Below, piece after piece: positions 62,921 through 64,000 of a stretch of DNA of 64,000 bases. The DNA comes from Octopus sinensis (taxonomy: Eukaryota): assembly GCF_006345805.1 (NCBI RefSeq), contig NC_043022.1:4898001-4962000 (forward strand), in the 5' to 3' direction. The notes under the pieces are model-generated. The model was not told the DNA's origin, ran no database searches, and was given only the letters and a program-made list of their open reading frames with translations. A program made the translations under genes and the position numbers. The number at the start of each line of letters is the position of its first letter. Position 1 is the stretch's first letter.

Positions 62921-63616
62921 ACAAGGTGCTATCAAAAAGTTCCCTAACTAATTCTATAGCACACCAACAGATGGCAGCACATGGTTACATACACAGTGAG
63001 AGCTAGCAGTGACCTCCATGGGGCAGTGTGCCGAGTAAGACTGCAGTGTTTAGTTTGCAAGTTGTGAAATTTGTGTTTTTGTGATCATGTGTCTGCTGTA
63101 GTCTGTGATTTTTGTCATGGAGAGGAATAAAGAGCCAAAGTGAAAATTTGCATTAAACTTGGGAAGTCTGCTACAGAGACTTTGAGCATGCTTCAGCAAG
63201 CTTAGGGGGACGAGGCAACGGGTCGCAATGTTTTGAGTTATATGGGCACTTCAAAAGTAAAAGAATGTCCCTGGAAGACCTGTCACCCCTTTTCATTGAA
63301 GCACCTACCCCATCACCCCTCCTGTGCATGTGTGTGTGCGCACGTCTATGTGTGCGTGTATGTGTGCGTCTGTGTATGTGTGTGTGAGTGTGTGTATGTG
63401 TATATGTTTGTGTGTGTGAGCTTATGTTTGTGTGTGTGTGAGTATATATGTAAGAGTGTATGTCTGTGTGTGTTTGTGTGTATGTATATGTGTACATGTG
63501 TGTGCGCATCTGTGTTTGTGTGTGCATAAGCTCACACACACATACAGACGTGCACACACAAACAATGAAGTGGTCTGGAAAATCTGTCACCCCTAGAAAT
63601 GTGGTCATCATCATCA

Positions 63617-64000
63617 TCATTGTTCGACCGTGGTCGAGACAATGCTACGCCAGACTTCATGGTCTATCATAGCATTATGGAGGTCCTGTTGCTGGATGCC
63701 TGTATCCCTGGAGATTACATCAGGGTAGGAGAGTGTGCGCCCTCTGGTATTGCGAGTAGATGGCTTCCAGAGGAGAAGAGTAGAAATTGCCTCTTTTTCA
63801 GCTCTACAACAATGTCCAGCAAACTGGACTCTCCTACCTTTCACAAGAGATGACACAGGTGGTAGTTTCCCACATATTTGCATTTTGGTTGGATGACTCT
63901 TCCATGAGAGATTTTGAGCTCTCGTAAGGAGGCGAGTGTAGGTTCCATCCAACCGCCTCTCAAGCTTCTTTGATAACGTCCAGGTTTCTGAGCCATATAG
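63617..64000 (-). pseudogene. RTE-X-like LINE ORF2 C-terminal fragment, runs off the window
   Basis: YGSETWTL...DGTYTRLL.RAQNLSW..H...RRVQFAGHCCR, followed by an (ATG)n tail at ~63610. Confidence 0.85.

Overview
Eukaryotic, AT-rich, repeat-saturated scaffold segment with one 100-N gap. It is most likely from an Octopus genome, inferred from SINE families I recall as octopod and the extreme microsatellite load; this was not verified by search. I recognise no host protein-coding gene, tRNA, rRNA or CRISPR array, and almost all ORFs in the track are translations of simple repeats or SINEs. The real coding remnants are all transposon-derived: (1) an apparently full-length, frameshifted ~6.1-kb L1/Tx1-clade LINE inserted in a (TCTA)n microsatellite with a candidate 16-bp TSD; (2) a Penelope-like element (RT + GIY-YIG) with a twin-priming-type 5' inversion; (3) three Tc1/mariner remnants; (4) 3' fragments of RTE, RTE-X and REL-endonuclease LINEs and a decayed CRE-like RT. 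Non-coding mobile DNA includes dozens of tRNA-derived SINEs, TTAA-flanked MITEs, a non-autonomous Helitron and a possible solo LTR. The most unusual signal is a set of short elements embedded in (AT)n tracts that carry minimal hammerhead-ribozyme motifs. Several are near-perfect foldbacks, and two copies of one family appear as flip/flop loop isomers. SINE coordinates are approximate (about +/-10 nt).
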